Positions 9,404 through 20,053 are shown, counted from the stretch's first letter. The stretch is 34,634 nucleotides of DNA from an uncultured virus (IMG/VR IMGVR_UViG_3300027969_000065) (IMGVR_UViG_3300027969_000065), one strand, 5' to 3'. Translations and numbers: made by a program. The notes: generated by a model not told the origin, from the sequence alone.

Positions 9404-12400
9404 TTATGTCACACTCTTAGTTTGCATATATTCTCCACCAACAGTTACTAGCTGTAGCGTTTCCTTGGTTTTACGAGTGTTGTACTCATTCTGACTTGCA
9501 ATAACTCGTAACTTGGCTACTTCATTTCTTAGTTCTTTGATTTCATTAACTAATACCATGTTAGCCTCATTGCTGTTGCCGAAGTCAGGCATCTGAGCTG
9601 TTACACCTAATGAGCCGTCTGGACCTCTTGTCAGAGGCATGATTGCTTCTGGACCTGCTTCACCCATTAGACCCATGCGGAACTTGGTTGGTTTATCTAC
9701 TATTGAATTAGAGAAAGAATCTCCGGCAGCAAATTTCATCATGTTGCCGTAGTCAAAAGCACCACCTAGAGCAAAAGGCCCGCCAATTTCCATTTGATAG
9801 TAAGACCAGTATCCATCATCAGCATTAGGGCCAGTTTGATTCCAAGTGTAGTTTGAACCTGGTGCAGGAGGACGTTCATGCGTTTTAGTTACTGGACTGG
9901 TTACAGTTCCAGTTCCAGGAGTTGTAACTACTGGAACAGCAACAGGTGGTATTACTGGAACACCCGGTAAACTAATACTATTAACTAAACTTGTCATCCT
10001 ACCGACCCAGTCAGTTATTGCAGTATTAGCAGTATTAAATGCAGTTTGAGCAGTAGTAAACTTACCGGCTAGAGCAGTTAACCCTACGTCTGCTGGAGAT
10101 CCGTACGGTGTAAAAGATACTCCGAGTTCTTTAAGTTTATCGGCCCACTTACCTACTTCAATTACCGCATCATCATACTTCTTCTTAGCATCGGTTACAG
10201 TCGCATCTAGTGTTAATATATTGGTACGTTTTAATAGTTCGTCTGCACTAAATCCAGCTGTGGTTAATATTGTATTAGTACTTGCAATATATGTAACAAT
10301 TGCAGTTTCTGCATCTTTTATCGCCTTAACAGCTGCATCAAATTTATCTTTTGTGTTTTCTATAGTTAACGGGCTATCAGTACGCTTTAATATTTTATCT
10401 ATTTCTTCTGGACTGAACCCACCATTAGCTTTATCTGCTAAAAATGTTTTCATACCAGCAATATATGCAATTATAGCGTTATCAGCATCCTTTAACACCC
10501 CAACAGCTGTAGCTAGCTTATCTTTTGTGTTTGCTATAGTAAGAGGACTATCTGTACGTTTTAATATTTTATCTATCTCCTCTTGGGAGAACCCGTTATT
10601 TCTTAAAAATGTTGTAATATCTGTAATATACTTTGTTATTGCTGTTTCTGCTGCGTTTAGTACTAATACAGCTGCATTTAGTTTATCTTGTGTATTTTCT
10701 TTAGTTAAAGGACTTTCTGTACGCTTTAAAATTTTATCTATCTCCTCTTGGGAAAACCCATGAGTCGTTAGAAACTCTACAGTACCGCCAATATATTTAG
10801 TTAAAGCATCTTCTGAATCTTTCAAAGCTTTTACAGCTGCATTTATTTTATTACCTGTATTTTCAATAGTAAAAGGGCTATCTGTACGTTTTAGAATTTT
10901 ATCTATCTCCTCTTGGGAGAACCCGTGAGTCTTTAAAAATTCTGTACTACCATTAATATAGCTAGTTACTGCATTTTCTGCTGCAGTTAGTTTGCCAGCG
11001 GCTTCGACTAATTTATCTTTCGTATTTTCTTTAGTTAAAGGACTATCTGTGCGTTTTAGAATTTTATCTATCTCAGCAGGTGAAAATCCATTATTATTTA
11101 AAAACTCTGTAGTACCACTAATATATTTAATCAAAGCATAGTCGGCATCTTTTAGTGATTTTACAGCAGCATCTAATTTATCTTGAGTATTTTCTTTAGT
11201 TAATGGGCTATCAGTACGCTTTAATATTCTATCTATTTCTTCTGCGGTAAACCCACCACCCTCTTTAGATGCTAAGAATGTTGCTGTTTTAGCTATATAT
11301 CCAATTATTGCGTCGTCTGCATCTTTTAATATTTTCTTTAATGCATTTAATTTATCATTTGTATTTGCTGTAGTTAACGGGCTATCAGTACGCTTTAATA
11401 TTCTATCTATTTCTTCTGCAGTAAACCCACCACCCTCTTTAGATGCTAAAAATGTTTTAGTACCTGCAATATACCCTACTACTGCATCATCTGCATCTTT
11501 TAATAATTTTACAGTAGCAGCAATTTGAGTCTTTGTATTTGCAACTGTAAGAGTTACTGGTAGATTCTTTAATAAGTCTGTGCCAGTATATCCTGCGGTC
11601 TTTAATATTTCATTATTATCTTTAATATAAGTGTTAATAGTTGTATTAACATCTGCAATATTTGTACGTAGTGTTGCAAAAGTAGCTTTTAGTTCCGTTA
11701 AAGTTGCAGGATCTGTTTTTGTTAGTACAGCGGCAGCATCACTACCTATTAAATCTAGCCAAGTATTTAAACTTGTGCGTGCTGTATCCAATGCAGTAAG
11801 TGCTCCGCTTGCTGTTGATAGTTGTAGCTTGGCGTCTGCTTCAGCTTTTATTTCAACTGCAACTCCTGATTTCTCTATGGCATCAGTCCATTTGGCTAGT
11901 TCATCATTGGCTAATTTTAAAGCATCTGCTGTTGAAAGTGAAGAAGTTTCTAGTGCTGCTACTCCGTCTGCTGCATCCTTCTCTGCAGTTTGAATCTTAG
12001 TGTCTAATACTGCACTAATATCACCTAGTTGAGAAGTTACATCTGCAAAAGTTCTTGCATATTCTAGTTTAGTAGAAGATTGCTCCTTAGCAGCAGTTAG
12101 TAAGTCTTGAGATAATTGTGGTAACTTACCTAAAGCTATTTCATCTCCGGCTTTTGCTAACTTTAAAGTTTTATCAAACTCAGTACGTAAGGCTTTATAC
12201 TTAGTAGCTTGATCTGCTATTCCTAAATCACCACCAGCTACTGTCTTTAAGAAATCCTTGATTCCAGTACCAACAGTTTTTAAACTATCAATAAAAGCTT
12301 TACTAGCATTTTTCTGAGTTTCTACTGCTGCTTTATAAGACTCTTTAATCGAGTTCTTAACATTATCTACTCCGCCTTTAAGCTTATTGAATCCGTCTGT

Positions 12401-15400
12401 ACCTAGGGATTCTAGGTCGCTTTGTAGGCCCGTTAACTTTGTAGTTAGTAGATCAAAACCATTAAATATAGTATCTTTTAACTTATTTTTAGTGTCTTCT
12501 AATACTGCTTCGAATGCTCCTAAGCCCTTGGTAGCTAATTCTGCTATAGAAGCTTTGGCATCATTTGCTGCTGCTTCGAATGCTCGTAAACCATCAGTAG
12601 CTAGTGCTGCTATAGAAGCTTTGGTATTAGCTAACTCTGTTTCTAGTAATCTTAAACCCTCTGTAGCAAGGGATGCCAAACTATCTTTGAGTTCAATTAC
12701 TTTAGCTTCAAAGGCTCTTAATCCTTCTGTAACGGCTGATGCCAAAGCATTTTTAGCATCATTTACTGCAGTTTCAAAAGCTCTTAGTCCTTCTGTTGCT
12801 AGTACCGCTATTGCAGTTTTAGCATTAATTGCTTCGGTTTCTAATAATCTAAAACCATCGGCAGCTGTTTTAGCTGCTTCGGCTTTAAGAGTATTTAACT
12901 GATTCTCAAGGGCTTTTAAACCTTCGGTAACCAATGTTGCTAAAGCTGCTTTAGTTGCTTTAGCTTCTGTTTCTAAAGTTGCTAAGCCTGATTTAGCAGC
13001 AGATAATAAGGCTGCTTTAGCAGTATCTGCAGCTGTAGTAACATTCTTAAACCCGTCTAATAAAGCCTGAGTAGCTTTGTCTAAATCTAGCGAAGCTAGC
13101 TTTAAGGTTGTTATTAAATCAAATAAAGGTTTATTAGTTTCAGCAATTGCATCGCGTTCTTTATTTCGAGTAAAGATTAGTTTCTCGGATTCACTCATAA
13201 ACTTAGTTGCTGATTCTGTATTAGCGTCAGAAACTTGTTTAATTAAATCCTCATATTCTGCAGTAACCTTGATAAAAGATTCTGATACTAAATCTAGCTG
13301 ATGACGTAGTTCAATGGCTGCAGGGGTAGTATTTTGCGATAGTGTTAGATATAGTGATTTAAATTCTGTTTTAGTATCAACGATACCCTCAGCATCTTTT
13401 GCTATAAAGCCTTGCTCTTTAGCTATTCTTGTGATATCAGTCATGCTAGCAGTGACTTTAGCTGTAATGGGCGCTAAACGCTCTGCTTCTGTTAAAAAGT
13501 TATCTGCAAAGAATTTAACATGTTCTAAGAACTTGTCTAAACCACCTGCAGCATCTGCCATAGCTTGAGTAATAGCAATACTAGATTCGGTTAATACTCC
13601 TGAAGCATTAAGTCCGGCTAGTCCGATACTGTTTAAAGATAAGTTAATTTTTTCGTTGGTGTCAATTACTCGGGTAACTGTTTGCAGCATGCCTTCACCG
13701 AATTTCTGGAATTTGGTTAAGTTGGCAAATAGTCCTCTAGTTGTTTCATCTAGGATACCACTAACAATAGAATTGAACTCTTTTTCTAAATCTGCACCTT
13801 TTAATCCGCGTAAGCTTGCAAATTTATCGATATTAACAGTACCTAGTTTCTCTATAACTTCTACAGCAGTTTGACCTAGTTTAGCACCACTTTCAATGAA
13901 CAACTTACCCGCATTCTGAAATACTTCAGAAATGGATTTGGTTAAACTATCTTCTAGTACTACTGCTTGATCTGTAACACTTGCGCTAGTTGAGGAAAAG
14001 AATAAGAAACTATCTTTGCTAGTAGTTTTTACAGTTTCAAAACCTTGAATAGCACCTTTAAAATTTTCCATTATTTCTTTGAAAGTACCAGTGAACTTGA
14101 TTCCGCTGTCTAAAATTTGTGTAGTAGTAGAGCTACCAAATAATCCACCTAAGATATTGAAACCACTAGTACCTTCCTGAGTACCTAGGGCAGAGCCTTT
14201 GGTAAGACCTACCGTACCATAAATACCAATTGCTGCTTTACCTATATTTTGGTCAATCGAAGTCAATAGAGTTACCATCTTATTGTCATAAGATAAACCC
14301 TCTACTTGAGTAGCATTTAATAATTCAATAGAATTTTTAATGGATTCTGACTTAGCACTGGAATCTCCTAATACTCCGCCACCTGTATCTGTTTTAACAC
14401 CGTTTACATACGCTTGTCCAGCTCCGAGACTTTGACGATCTTCTGAAGTTTTACCGGCAGTAGATACTGCGGCAGTTCCTCCTGCTCCTAAAGCACTTAA
14501 TAAACCTCCTATAACTGCAGCGGTTGCTGCTCCCGCTACAAGATTCATTGGGAAAGGACCAGTAATAGCTGTTATTACTGCCTTACCTCCTGCTATAATA
14601 GCTTCGCCAATATTTGCAGATGTTCTGGTTGCTGAATTAGCAACCGACACACCAGTTTTAGTAGTATCAGATACCATTTCTGCTAAATCCATGCCTATTT
14701 TAAACATATGCATAGCTTTTTCTACTGCTGCTAGTGCTTTGTATGCGAAAGTTTTCTCAGCAAATAAGCTCTTAGCACTGCCTACTATTTTAGTATTCTT
14801 TTCAAGTTCAGTTTTTGCAGAATCTGAAGCATACTTCTTGTCCATTGCTAGCTTTTTATCGTTAGACTTCTTTTGGTCGCTTTCGTCTCCGAAAGATGAC
14901 ATAAAAGAAATTTCTTCTTCAACTGCTGCTTTGTCTTTGGCGTATTTAGTATCTAAACCTAGTTGCTGTTTTCTAGCATCTTCTACTGCAGTTACTCCAG
15001 CTTTTAAACCTGCTCCAAGCTTGGTACCAAAGTCTCCGAAAGCGCCTGATAAGCTAACTCCTAGGCTGTCTATTTTCTTAATTAAATCGTCGAAAGCTCC
15101 GACTTGTTTGCTTACATCAATAGAGGCTTGCGCAGCTACCATATTGGCTTCAAAATTAGTTTTTGCTATTGCTGCTGCTGCTGAGGCTGTATCTGAAGTT
15201 TCTCTTAATGCTTTTTGATAATCTTTTTCAGCTTGAATTCGGGCATCACTGCGTAACTTTTCTGCTTCTGCTAATTCCGCTGGACCTATTGTACCTGCAG
15301 CCGTAAAACCAAAATCTCCGAATGTAGCTTGACCTGGTTTAGCTACAATTGCTGCTGCTGCTGCTTCTGCTCTTTGTTTTTCTGCAAGCGCAGCCCTACT

Positions 15401-18400
15401 AGCAGCAGCTGCAGCGCTTGCTATATCAGAAGTTTCTTTTGCGTAGTTACGCTCAAGTTTAGCTAATTGGTTTCTTCCGGATGCAACAGCATATTCTTCA
15501 TTACTAATTGCAAGTATATTCTTTCTTGTATCTAGCTCACTTTGATTAGCGTCTATTCTGGCAATTTCTAGCTGTAGTCTTTGATCCGCTAGATTCTTTA
15601 GTACTGTTGCGGCTTTAGTTTCAATGTCCGCTTGCTTAGTAATATCAGCAATATTTCTACCTAGTTTAGCTGCTACATTTGATAATTCTTGCAACTTTAC
15701 TTTTCTGTCTAAAAGTTCATTTTCTAATGCTTGATTCTCTGCGACTTTGGTTTGATCTTGTGTCGCATCTTTTCTAAGTCTGGTAAATTTTTCAGCTAAC
15801 TGTGCGCGTTCATTATCTAATTGTAAAGATTTTTCCCCTTCTATCTGTTCAGCAGCTGCATTAGCAAGACGTTGAAAGAACATTGAATCACTAGCACTGG
15901 ATAACTGTTGCAGTACTTTTAAGTTATGTTCATTAAAAGTAATACTATAGTTAATTAAATCATTAATATTTGTATATTTTTGTTTAATTTCTTCTAGTGC
16001 AGTATTAAGTATAACTACTTTTTTATTATATGCTTCTTGAGTATTTGCAGTTTTTAGCGCTTCACCAGATATAGCTTGAGTTCTAATTAAGGCTGCTTTA
16101 TCCCTATCTTCTTGGTCTTTACTCAGCTGTAATTTCTTGTACTGTGCCATATCTACTTTTCCTGCAACAGTCAAGTCTAGGGCACCTCTAGTGGCAGACG
16201 TAGCACGAGTAAGATTTGGCTTTTCTTCATTTAATCTTTGTAATTCTAGCTCTAATGTTTTAACAGCTGCGGGCGATTTACCTAATCTGGCCTCTCTTAA
16301 ACGCATTTCAGTAAGCTGTATCTGTTGTACATTAGTATTTTCTGCAGTAGCAGCAGCCTGTAACTTACCCATCAAAGTTACTTCTTCTTGAGATCTTATT
16401 AGCTGTAACATTATGTTGTTACTAGCTATTCTTAAATCAATTTCTTTTACCGCTACCTCACCTTTTAATTGGATACCTTGAATATTAGTCAAAGCATTTG
16501 CTACTGCTCCACGTAGTTTTAGTGCTGCTTCTGCTGTTTTTAACTCAAATCCTTTACCAATTAATTCTAATCCGTTTTTAAAAGCATTGAACCCTAAGTT
16601 ATTATATTTCTCTACTTGTTCTGCTTGTAATGCTAATAAAGATATGGCCGCACCTTTTCTTCTTAAAATTTCATTGTCTACGGCGGCTTTATTGTCTTGT
16701 ACTTGTTTTTGTTTAGCTTCTGATAGTTTAGATAATGACTCTGAACTTAAATCAGCTTGTCGGGCACCTTGAGCACCTACTACCCTACCTGTACCTTCCC
16801 CCAGACTTCCAGTTCCTGGGCCACTAGCTTGTTTTTGTATTTCAACAAATTTTTTCTGATTACTAGTTAAAGCTATTAAAGCTTTATCATTTTCGTTATA
16901 TTGAATTTGTAGATCTTTAAATATTTTGGAGTTTTTTACTAGTTCTGCACCTTGACTACCAAATGCTTTGGCTGCATCTGGGTTACTAGCAATTCTTACT
17001 AATTCTGCAAAAGCAGTAGAAGCATTTTTAAATGTTCTATCTAAACCCTCTCCGACTGCTATCAGTGCCAGTCCATACTTAGTAATAGGATCGCCAGGAA
17101 TTAAACTAGTAGATAGTTCTTGCCCTGTTTTAGCTAGGGCCTCTAGTGCTGCTTTTGAGGCTCCTGCATCTGATGCTAGATTTGAAAGTTTAAGACTAGA
17201 ACTTTTTTCTGCGGCATTTAACGCAGTAATGGTTTCAACAGAATATGTTTTAAGATTGGATAGTGCTTCTTTGGTTACTTCTTTTACACCAGTAAGTTCC
17301 TTAACTTTTTCAATATACGCTTCTTTTAAGTTACCAGTAGGCATAGCTTCGATATTGGCAAGAATAGAGGCATTTAAAGTCTTACTTAAAGTATCTAATC
17401 TAGATTTACCAAAAACACCTGCAAAAGAATCCAGTAAATTATCCCAAGCATTGGAAACTAATTCTATTTCTTTGAATTTTTTTACTGATGCATCTACTGA
17501 ATCAGTAATCCCTTTCATAGCATTAGCACGTGCAGTTAAACTTTCTGCACTCATCCATTTAGAAGTATCTTGCTTAGTTAAAGCATCTAATGTTTTGGGC
17601 AAAAATGCAATATTTTCTTTAGCCGCAGCTATCGAAGAATCAAATAATCCTATGTCTTTATTAGCAGCACTTAACCAGTGATCTAATAATTCAAAACTAC
17701 CTACAACTATTCCTAATACTTGACCGGCTGTTCCTAAAGCACTTATTGCATTTGATATACCTCCTACAAGCAAGGAGAATCCGCCTTTTGTTAAAGTAGT
17801 TGCAGCGTCTAGTGTACCCATTTTTTGGGTTACATTGGTAATTACCTGTTCCATTTTTTGCGCACCGGAAGCATCAAATACAGGTTTACCTGTTTTGTCT
17901 ACTACTCCTTGCATAGTTTTAACTTGTAATACCCCTGCTTGGGCATCTCTTACATTCTGTCTTAGTTCCGCGAATGCAGCTATAGGCCCCTTAATTGCTG
18001 CAGTTTGGCCTTGCATGGCTATAATACTATTCTTTGAAAACTCTGCTGTTGCTTTGTCAGACTCTCTTACTAGTCTTTGATAGTTACTAAACCTATTGTT
18101 ATCAGAGAGCATAGCAGCTTTACCTGCTTCGGCTCCTGCGTTCAGCATGCCTTGATTAAAATCTTTACGCATGGCTATAATTTGATCATAGTGTGCAGCA
18201 TACGCTGCAGCATCTTTACGCTGGGTAGAACTTAAACTACTAGACAATTTATCTCTTTGCGCTGCTAAAGCGGACATTTCTGCATCTGTTAAAGCTTGAG
18301 GAGCTTTCTTTAATAGCGCTCCAATATCTGGGCCGCCTTTGGAACCAAGATATGATCCGCTGCCGAATTTAGCTTTGGCATCTGCTATTACTTTTTCACC

Positions 18401-19612
18401 TTTTTCTGTAACTGCTCTAGAAGTCTCATAGTACTTCTGTGCTTGCAAGGTAAGCCTGTCATCATTTTTAGCCCCAGCTGCTAACTGGGCTGCTGCAGCT
18501 GTATTCATTTTCACCATGGACTCAGCTTGTAACTGATCCATGGTACTTCTAAATTTGCCTATAATAGGAATGGTACTTTTAATGAAAGTAGCCCCTATTA
18601 AGCCTATAATTCCTAATAGTGCTGTAGGGCTTTGTGATAAAAATCCAACAAGTGGCCCAAGTACTTTATTAACTAGTTCTAAACCACTTTGAGTTAAGTT
18701 TGCTAAACTAGCAGCAAGTTTAGCGTACGGATTAGCAATTAAGTTAATTTCTCCAAACTTATCAATACCTTCTTTTAGTACTGCGTTGGCGAATGCTTGA
18801 CGTTTTTCAAAGTCAGTAAGTGAGGTTACGCTCTTACCCATTTTTCGAGCATATTCTTCTGTGGCTGGACCGATTTTAGTGAATATGCCTAATTCATCCA
18901 ATAGTTCAGGCTCTAGTTTAGTTACACCTCTACTCAATCTATCAAATGCAGTACTTAAATCTAAACCTAGTGCTTGAGATGCCTTCTTTGCTACAGTGGC
19001 TAAATCTTCGATATTTTTTGTAGACAGTCCTGCGGAACTGGCTGAGGCAACCGACTTCATAGCATCTGATGCAGACAGTGATCCTTCAGTAATATCTACT
19101 AAGCGTTTGGCTAAATCACTTAAATTTTTACCAGAAGATGCACCTAGTTGATCTAGACCTTTGGTAAGATTGCTTAAATCTCCAGCTTTGGACAAAGCAG
19201 TAAATGCAGCAGTTGCTGCGTAAATATTAGCTGCGAAGGTAGCATATAGACGTACTAATCCACCCAATCCTTGAGATTGTTCTGCAAAGTTGCTTGCTGC
19301 AGATCCGGTAAGGCCTGCAGTTCCGCGTAGAGCACCGTACTGTGCTTGTTCTCCAAGAGCACGACTACTTGCAGTTCCGCCTTGAGGTGCAATTGCGGTA
19401 GTGCCTCCGGCAACGGCTGCGCGAGGTGTGCGCGCAATACCTGCGGATCCACCCATGCCAAAAGGCATGCTGTTTCCGCCTACATTAATTTTAGCAGCTA
19501 TTGCAGCAGTGTTTACTAATAAGTCTCGTAAGATTTCTACATTCTTTGTTACTTTTGCTGTGGAACCATTGTCTGATACGTTAATACCAATATTTACTGA
19601 ATTATCTGCCAT
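9404..19612 (-). CDS. Tape measure protein (~3,400 aa)
   Basis: Start MADNSVNIG at 19612 follows AGGAG. T5 pb2-like N-terminus (GLGGLVRLYATFAANIYA...RGVTKLEPELLDELGI); helical Ala/Lys-rich body; C-terminal GLMGEAGPEAIMPL motif; follows the tail chaperones. Confidence 0.92.
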   Translation of the reverse strand: MADNSVNIGINVSDNGSTAKVTKNVEILRDLLVNTAAIAAKINVGGNSMPFGMGGSAGIARTPRAAVAGGTTAIAPQGGTASSRALGEQAQYGALRGTAGLTGSAASNFAEQSQGLGGLVRLYATFAANIYAATAAFTALSKAGDLSNLTKGLDQLGASSGKNLSDLAKRLVDITEGSLSASDAMKSVASASSAGLSTKNIEDLATVAKKASQALGLDLSTAFDRLSRGVTKLEPELLDELGIFTKIGPATEEYARKMGKSVTSLTDFEKRQAFANAVLKEGIDKFGEINLIANPYAKLAASLANLTQSGLELVNKVLGPLVGFLSQSPTALLGIIGLIGATFIKSTIPIIGKFRSTMDQLQAESMVKMNTAAAAQLAAGAKNDDRLTLQAQKYYETSRAVTEKGEKVIADAKAKFGSGSYLGSKGGPDIGALLKKAPQALTDAEMSALAAQRDKLSSSLSSTQRKDAAAYAAHYDQIIAMRKDFNQGMLNAGAEAGKAAMLSDNNRFSNYQRLVRESDKATAEFSKNSIIAMQGQTAAIKGPIAAFAELRQNVRDAQAGVLQVKTMQGVVDKTGKPVFDASGAQKMEQVITNVTQKMGTLDAATTLTKGGFSLLVGGISNAISALGTAGQVLGIVVGSFELLDHWLSAANKDIGLFDSSIAAAKENIAFLPKTLDALTKQDTSKWMSAESLTARANAMKGITDSVDASVKKFKEIELVSNAWDNLLDSFAGVFGKSRLDTLSKTLNASILANIEAMPTGNLKEAYIEKVKELTGVKEVTKEALSNLKTYSVETITALNAAEKSSSLKLSNLASDAGASKAALEALAKTGQELSTSLIPGDPITKYGLALIAVGEGLDRTFKNASTAFAELVRIASNPDAAKAFGSQGAELVKNSKIFKDLQIQYNENDKALIALTSNQKKFVEIQKQASGPGTGSLGEGTGRVVGAQGARQADLSSESLSKLSEAKQKQVQDNKAAVDNEILRRKGAAISLLALQAEQVEKYNNLGFNAFKNGLELIGKGFELKTAEAALKLRGAVANALTNIQGIQLKGEVAVKEIDLRIASNNIMLQLIRSQEEVTLMGKLQAAATAENTNVQQIQLTEMRLREARLGKSPAAVKTLELELQRLNEEKPNLTRATSATRGALDLTVAGKVDMAQYKKLQLSKDQEDRDKAALIRTQAISGEALKTANTQEAYNKKVVILNTALEEIKQKYTNINDLINYSITFNEHNLKVLQQLSSASDSMFFQRLANAAAEQIEGEKSLQLDNERAQLAEKFTRLRKDATQDQTKVAENQALENELLDRKVKLQELSNVAAKLGRNIADITKQADIETKAATVLKNLADQRLQLEIARIDANQSELDTRKNILAISNEEYAVASGRNQLAKLERNYAKETSDIASAAAAASRAALAEKQRAEAAAAAIVAKPGQATFGDFGFTAAGTIGPAELAEAEKLRSDARIQAEKDYQKALRETSDTASAAAAIAKTNFEANMVAAQASIDVSKQVGAFDDLIKKIDSLGVSLSGAFGDFGTKLGAGLKAGVTAVEDARKQQLGLDTKYAKDKAAVEEEISFMSSFGDESDQKKSNDKKLAMDKKYASDSAKTELEKNTKIVGSAKSLFAEKTFAYKALAAVEKAMHMFKIGMDLAEMVSDTTKTGVSVANSATRTSANIGEAIIAGGKAVITAITGPFPMNLVAGAATAAVIGGLLSALGAGGTAAVSTAGKTSEDRQSLGAGQAYVNGVKTDTGGGVLGDSSAKSESIKNSIELLNATQVEGLSYDNKMVTLLTSIDQNIGKAAIGIYGTVGLTKGSALGTQEGTSGFNILGGLFGSSTTTQILDSGIKFTGTFKEIMENFKGAIQGFETVKTTSKDSFLFFSSTSASVTDQAVVLEDSLTKSISEVFQNAGKLFIESGAKLGQTAVEVIEKLGTVNIDKFASLRGLKGADLEKEFNSIVSGILDETTRGLFANLTKFQKFGEGMLQTVTRVIDTNEKINLSLNSIGLAGLNASGVLTESSIAITQAMADAAGGLDKFLEHVKFFADNFLTEAERLAPITAKVTASMTDITRIAKEQGFIAKDAEGIVDTKTEFKSLYLTLSQNTTPAAIELRHQLDLVSESFIKVTAEYEDLIKQVSDANTESATKFMSESEKLIFTRNKERDAIAETNKPLFDLITTLKLASLDLDKATQALLDGFKNVTTAADTAKAALLSAAKSGLATLETEAKATKAALATLVTEGLKALENQLNTLKAEAAKTAADGFRLLETEAINAKTAIAVLATEGLRAFETAVNDAKNALASAVTEGLRAFEAKVIELKDSLASLATEGLRLLETELANTKASIAALATDGLRAFEAAANDAKASIAELATKGLGAFEAVLEDTKNKLKDTIFNGFDLLTTKLTGLQSDLESLGTDGFNKLKGGVDNVKNSIKESYKAAVETQKNASKAFIDSLKTVGTGIKDFLKTVAGGDLGIADQATKYKALRTEFDKTLKLAKAGDEIALGKLPQLSQDLLTAAKEQSSTKLEYARTFADVTSQLGDISAVLDTKIQTAEKDAADGVAALETSSLSTADALKLANDELAKWTDAIEKSGVAVEIKAEADAKLQLSTASGALTALDTARTSLNTWLDLIGSDAAAVLTKTDPATLTELKATFATLRTNIADVNTTINTYIKDNNEILKTAGYTGTDLLKNLPVTLTVANTKTQIAATVKLLKDADDAVVGYIAGTKTFLASKEGGGFTAEEIDRILKRTDSPLTTANTNDKLNALKKILKDADDAIIGYIAKTATFLASKEGGGFTAEEIDRILKRTDSPLTKENTQDKLDAAVKSLKDADYALIKYISGTTEFLNNNGFSPAEIDKILKRTDSPLTKENTKDKLVEAAGKLTAAENAVTSYINGSTEFLKTHGFSQEEIDKILKRTDSPFTIENTGNKINAAVKALKDSEDALTKYIGGTVEFLTTHGFSQEEIDKILKRTESPLTKENTQDKLNAAVLVLNAAETAITKYITDITTFLRNNGFSQEEIDKILKRTDSPLTIANTKDKLATAVGVLKDADNAIIAYIAGMKTFLADKANGGFSPEEIDKILKRTDSPLTIENTKDKFDAAVKAIKDAETAIVTYIASTNTILTTAGFSADELLKRTNILTLDATVTDAKKKYDDAVIEVGKWADKLKELGVSFTPYGSPADVGLTALAGKFTTAQTAFNTANTAITDWVGRMTSLVNSISLPGVPVIPPVAVPVVTTPGTGTVTSPVTKTHERPPAPGSNYTWNQTGPNADDGYWSYYQMEIGGPFALGGAFDYGNMMKFAAGDSFSNSIVDKPTKFRMGLMGEAGPEAIMPLTRGPDGSLGVTAQMPDFGNSNEANMVLVNEIKELRNEVAKLRVIASQNEYNTRKTKETLQLVTVGGEYMQTKSVT
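10220..11600 (-). repeat. Coding tandem repeat, 55/58 aa (165/174 bp): 7 strong copies plus 2 degenerate
   Basis: The EIDxILKRTxSP core recurs at about 10371, 10545, 10710, 10875, 11040, 11205 and 11379 (spacings 174, 165, 165, 165, 165, 174). Confidence 0.95.
12335..13060 (-). repeat. Coding tandem repeat, 22 aa (66 bp), 11 copies
   Basis: Register xxG[LF]xx[LF]ExxxxxxKxx[LI]xxxx, e.g. TEGLRAFETAVNDAKNALASAV / TEGLRAFEAKVIELKDSLASLA. Confidence 0.9.
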
Positions 19613-19668
19613 ATATGCTCCTGGTGTTGCCAGTGTAAAAATTTTATGTGTCAATCACGTTTGCTACA

Positions 19669-19697
19669 ATTATACCATTGAGGGTAGCACAAGTCAA
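19669..19697 (-). promoter_or_regulatory. Sigma70-type promoter for the tape measure/tip operon
   Basis: TTGACT-N17-TATAAT, TG extension, A-tract upstream. Confidence 0.85.
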
Positions 19698-19720
19698 GCT
19701 TGTATTTTTCTGCGAGGCGT

Positions 19721-19749
19721 AAAAAAGCCTCCTACTAGAGGAGGCTTTT
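19721..19749. terminator. Intrinsic terminator
   Basis: AAAAGCCTCCT-ACTAG-AGGAGGCTTTT hairpin at the stop of the chaperone gene. Confidence 0.85.
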
Positions 19750-20053
19750 ACTTTTTCGGTTTGCTGTCAGCAATTTGTTTTGCTCTGATTCGATCAATAT
19801 TTAAAATCATTTCATATATTGATCTGTAATCAGCTTTTTCTACTTCGTATATCTCCAAGATATCCTTGAAACCTGCAAGATTCTTGCCTATATAGTTACC
19901 ACCCATATAGTCCCAGTTATCCTGCAAGCTACCGTAGATACGCAACGCATCTTGTACTTCTAATGCCAAGTCTTCAAATTCTATGGGAATCTCAGACTCT
20001 ATGGGTTCGTTGCCCAGCATTTCGCACATTTCAAGATACTGCTCGCGAGTCAT
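19748..20053 (-). CDS. Tail assembly chaperone, C-terminal (gpT-like) frame
   Basis: MTREQYLEMCEMLG.EP...LQDNWDYMGGNYIGK; the frame is open upstream back to the slippery site. Confidence 0.8.
   Translation of the reverse strand: MTREQYLEMCEMLGNEPIESEIPIEFEDLALEVQDALRIYGSLQDNWDYMGGNYIGKNLAGFKDILEIYEVEKADYRSIYEMILNIDRIRAKQIADSKPKK

Noticed and set aside
10220..11600. Tandem repeats as a CRISPR array or DGR template/variable repeats
   Set aside because: Units are in-frame multiples of three with largely codon-level variation; no unique spacers, no evident adenine-specific pattern and no reverse transcriptase in the window.
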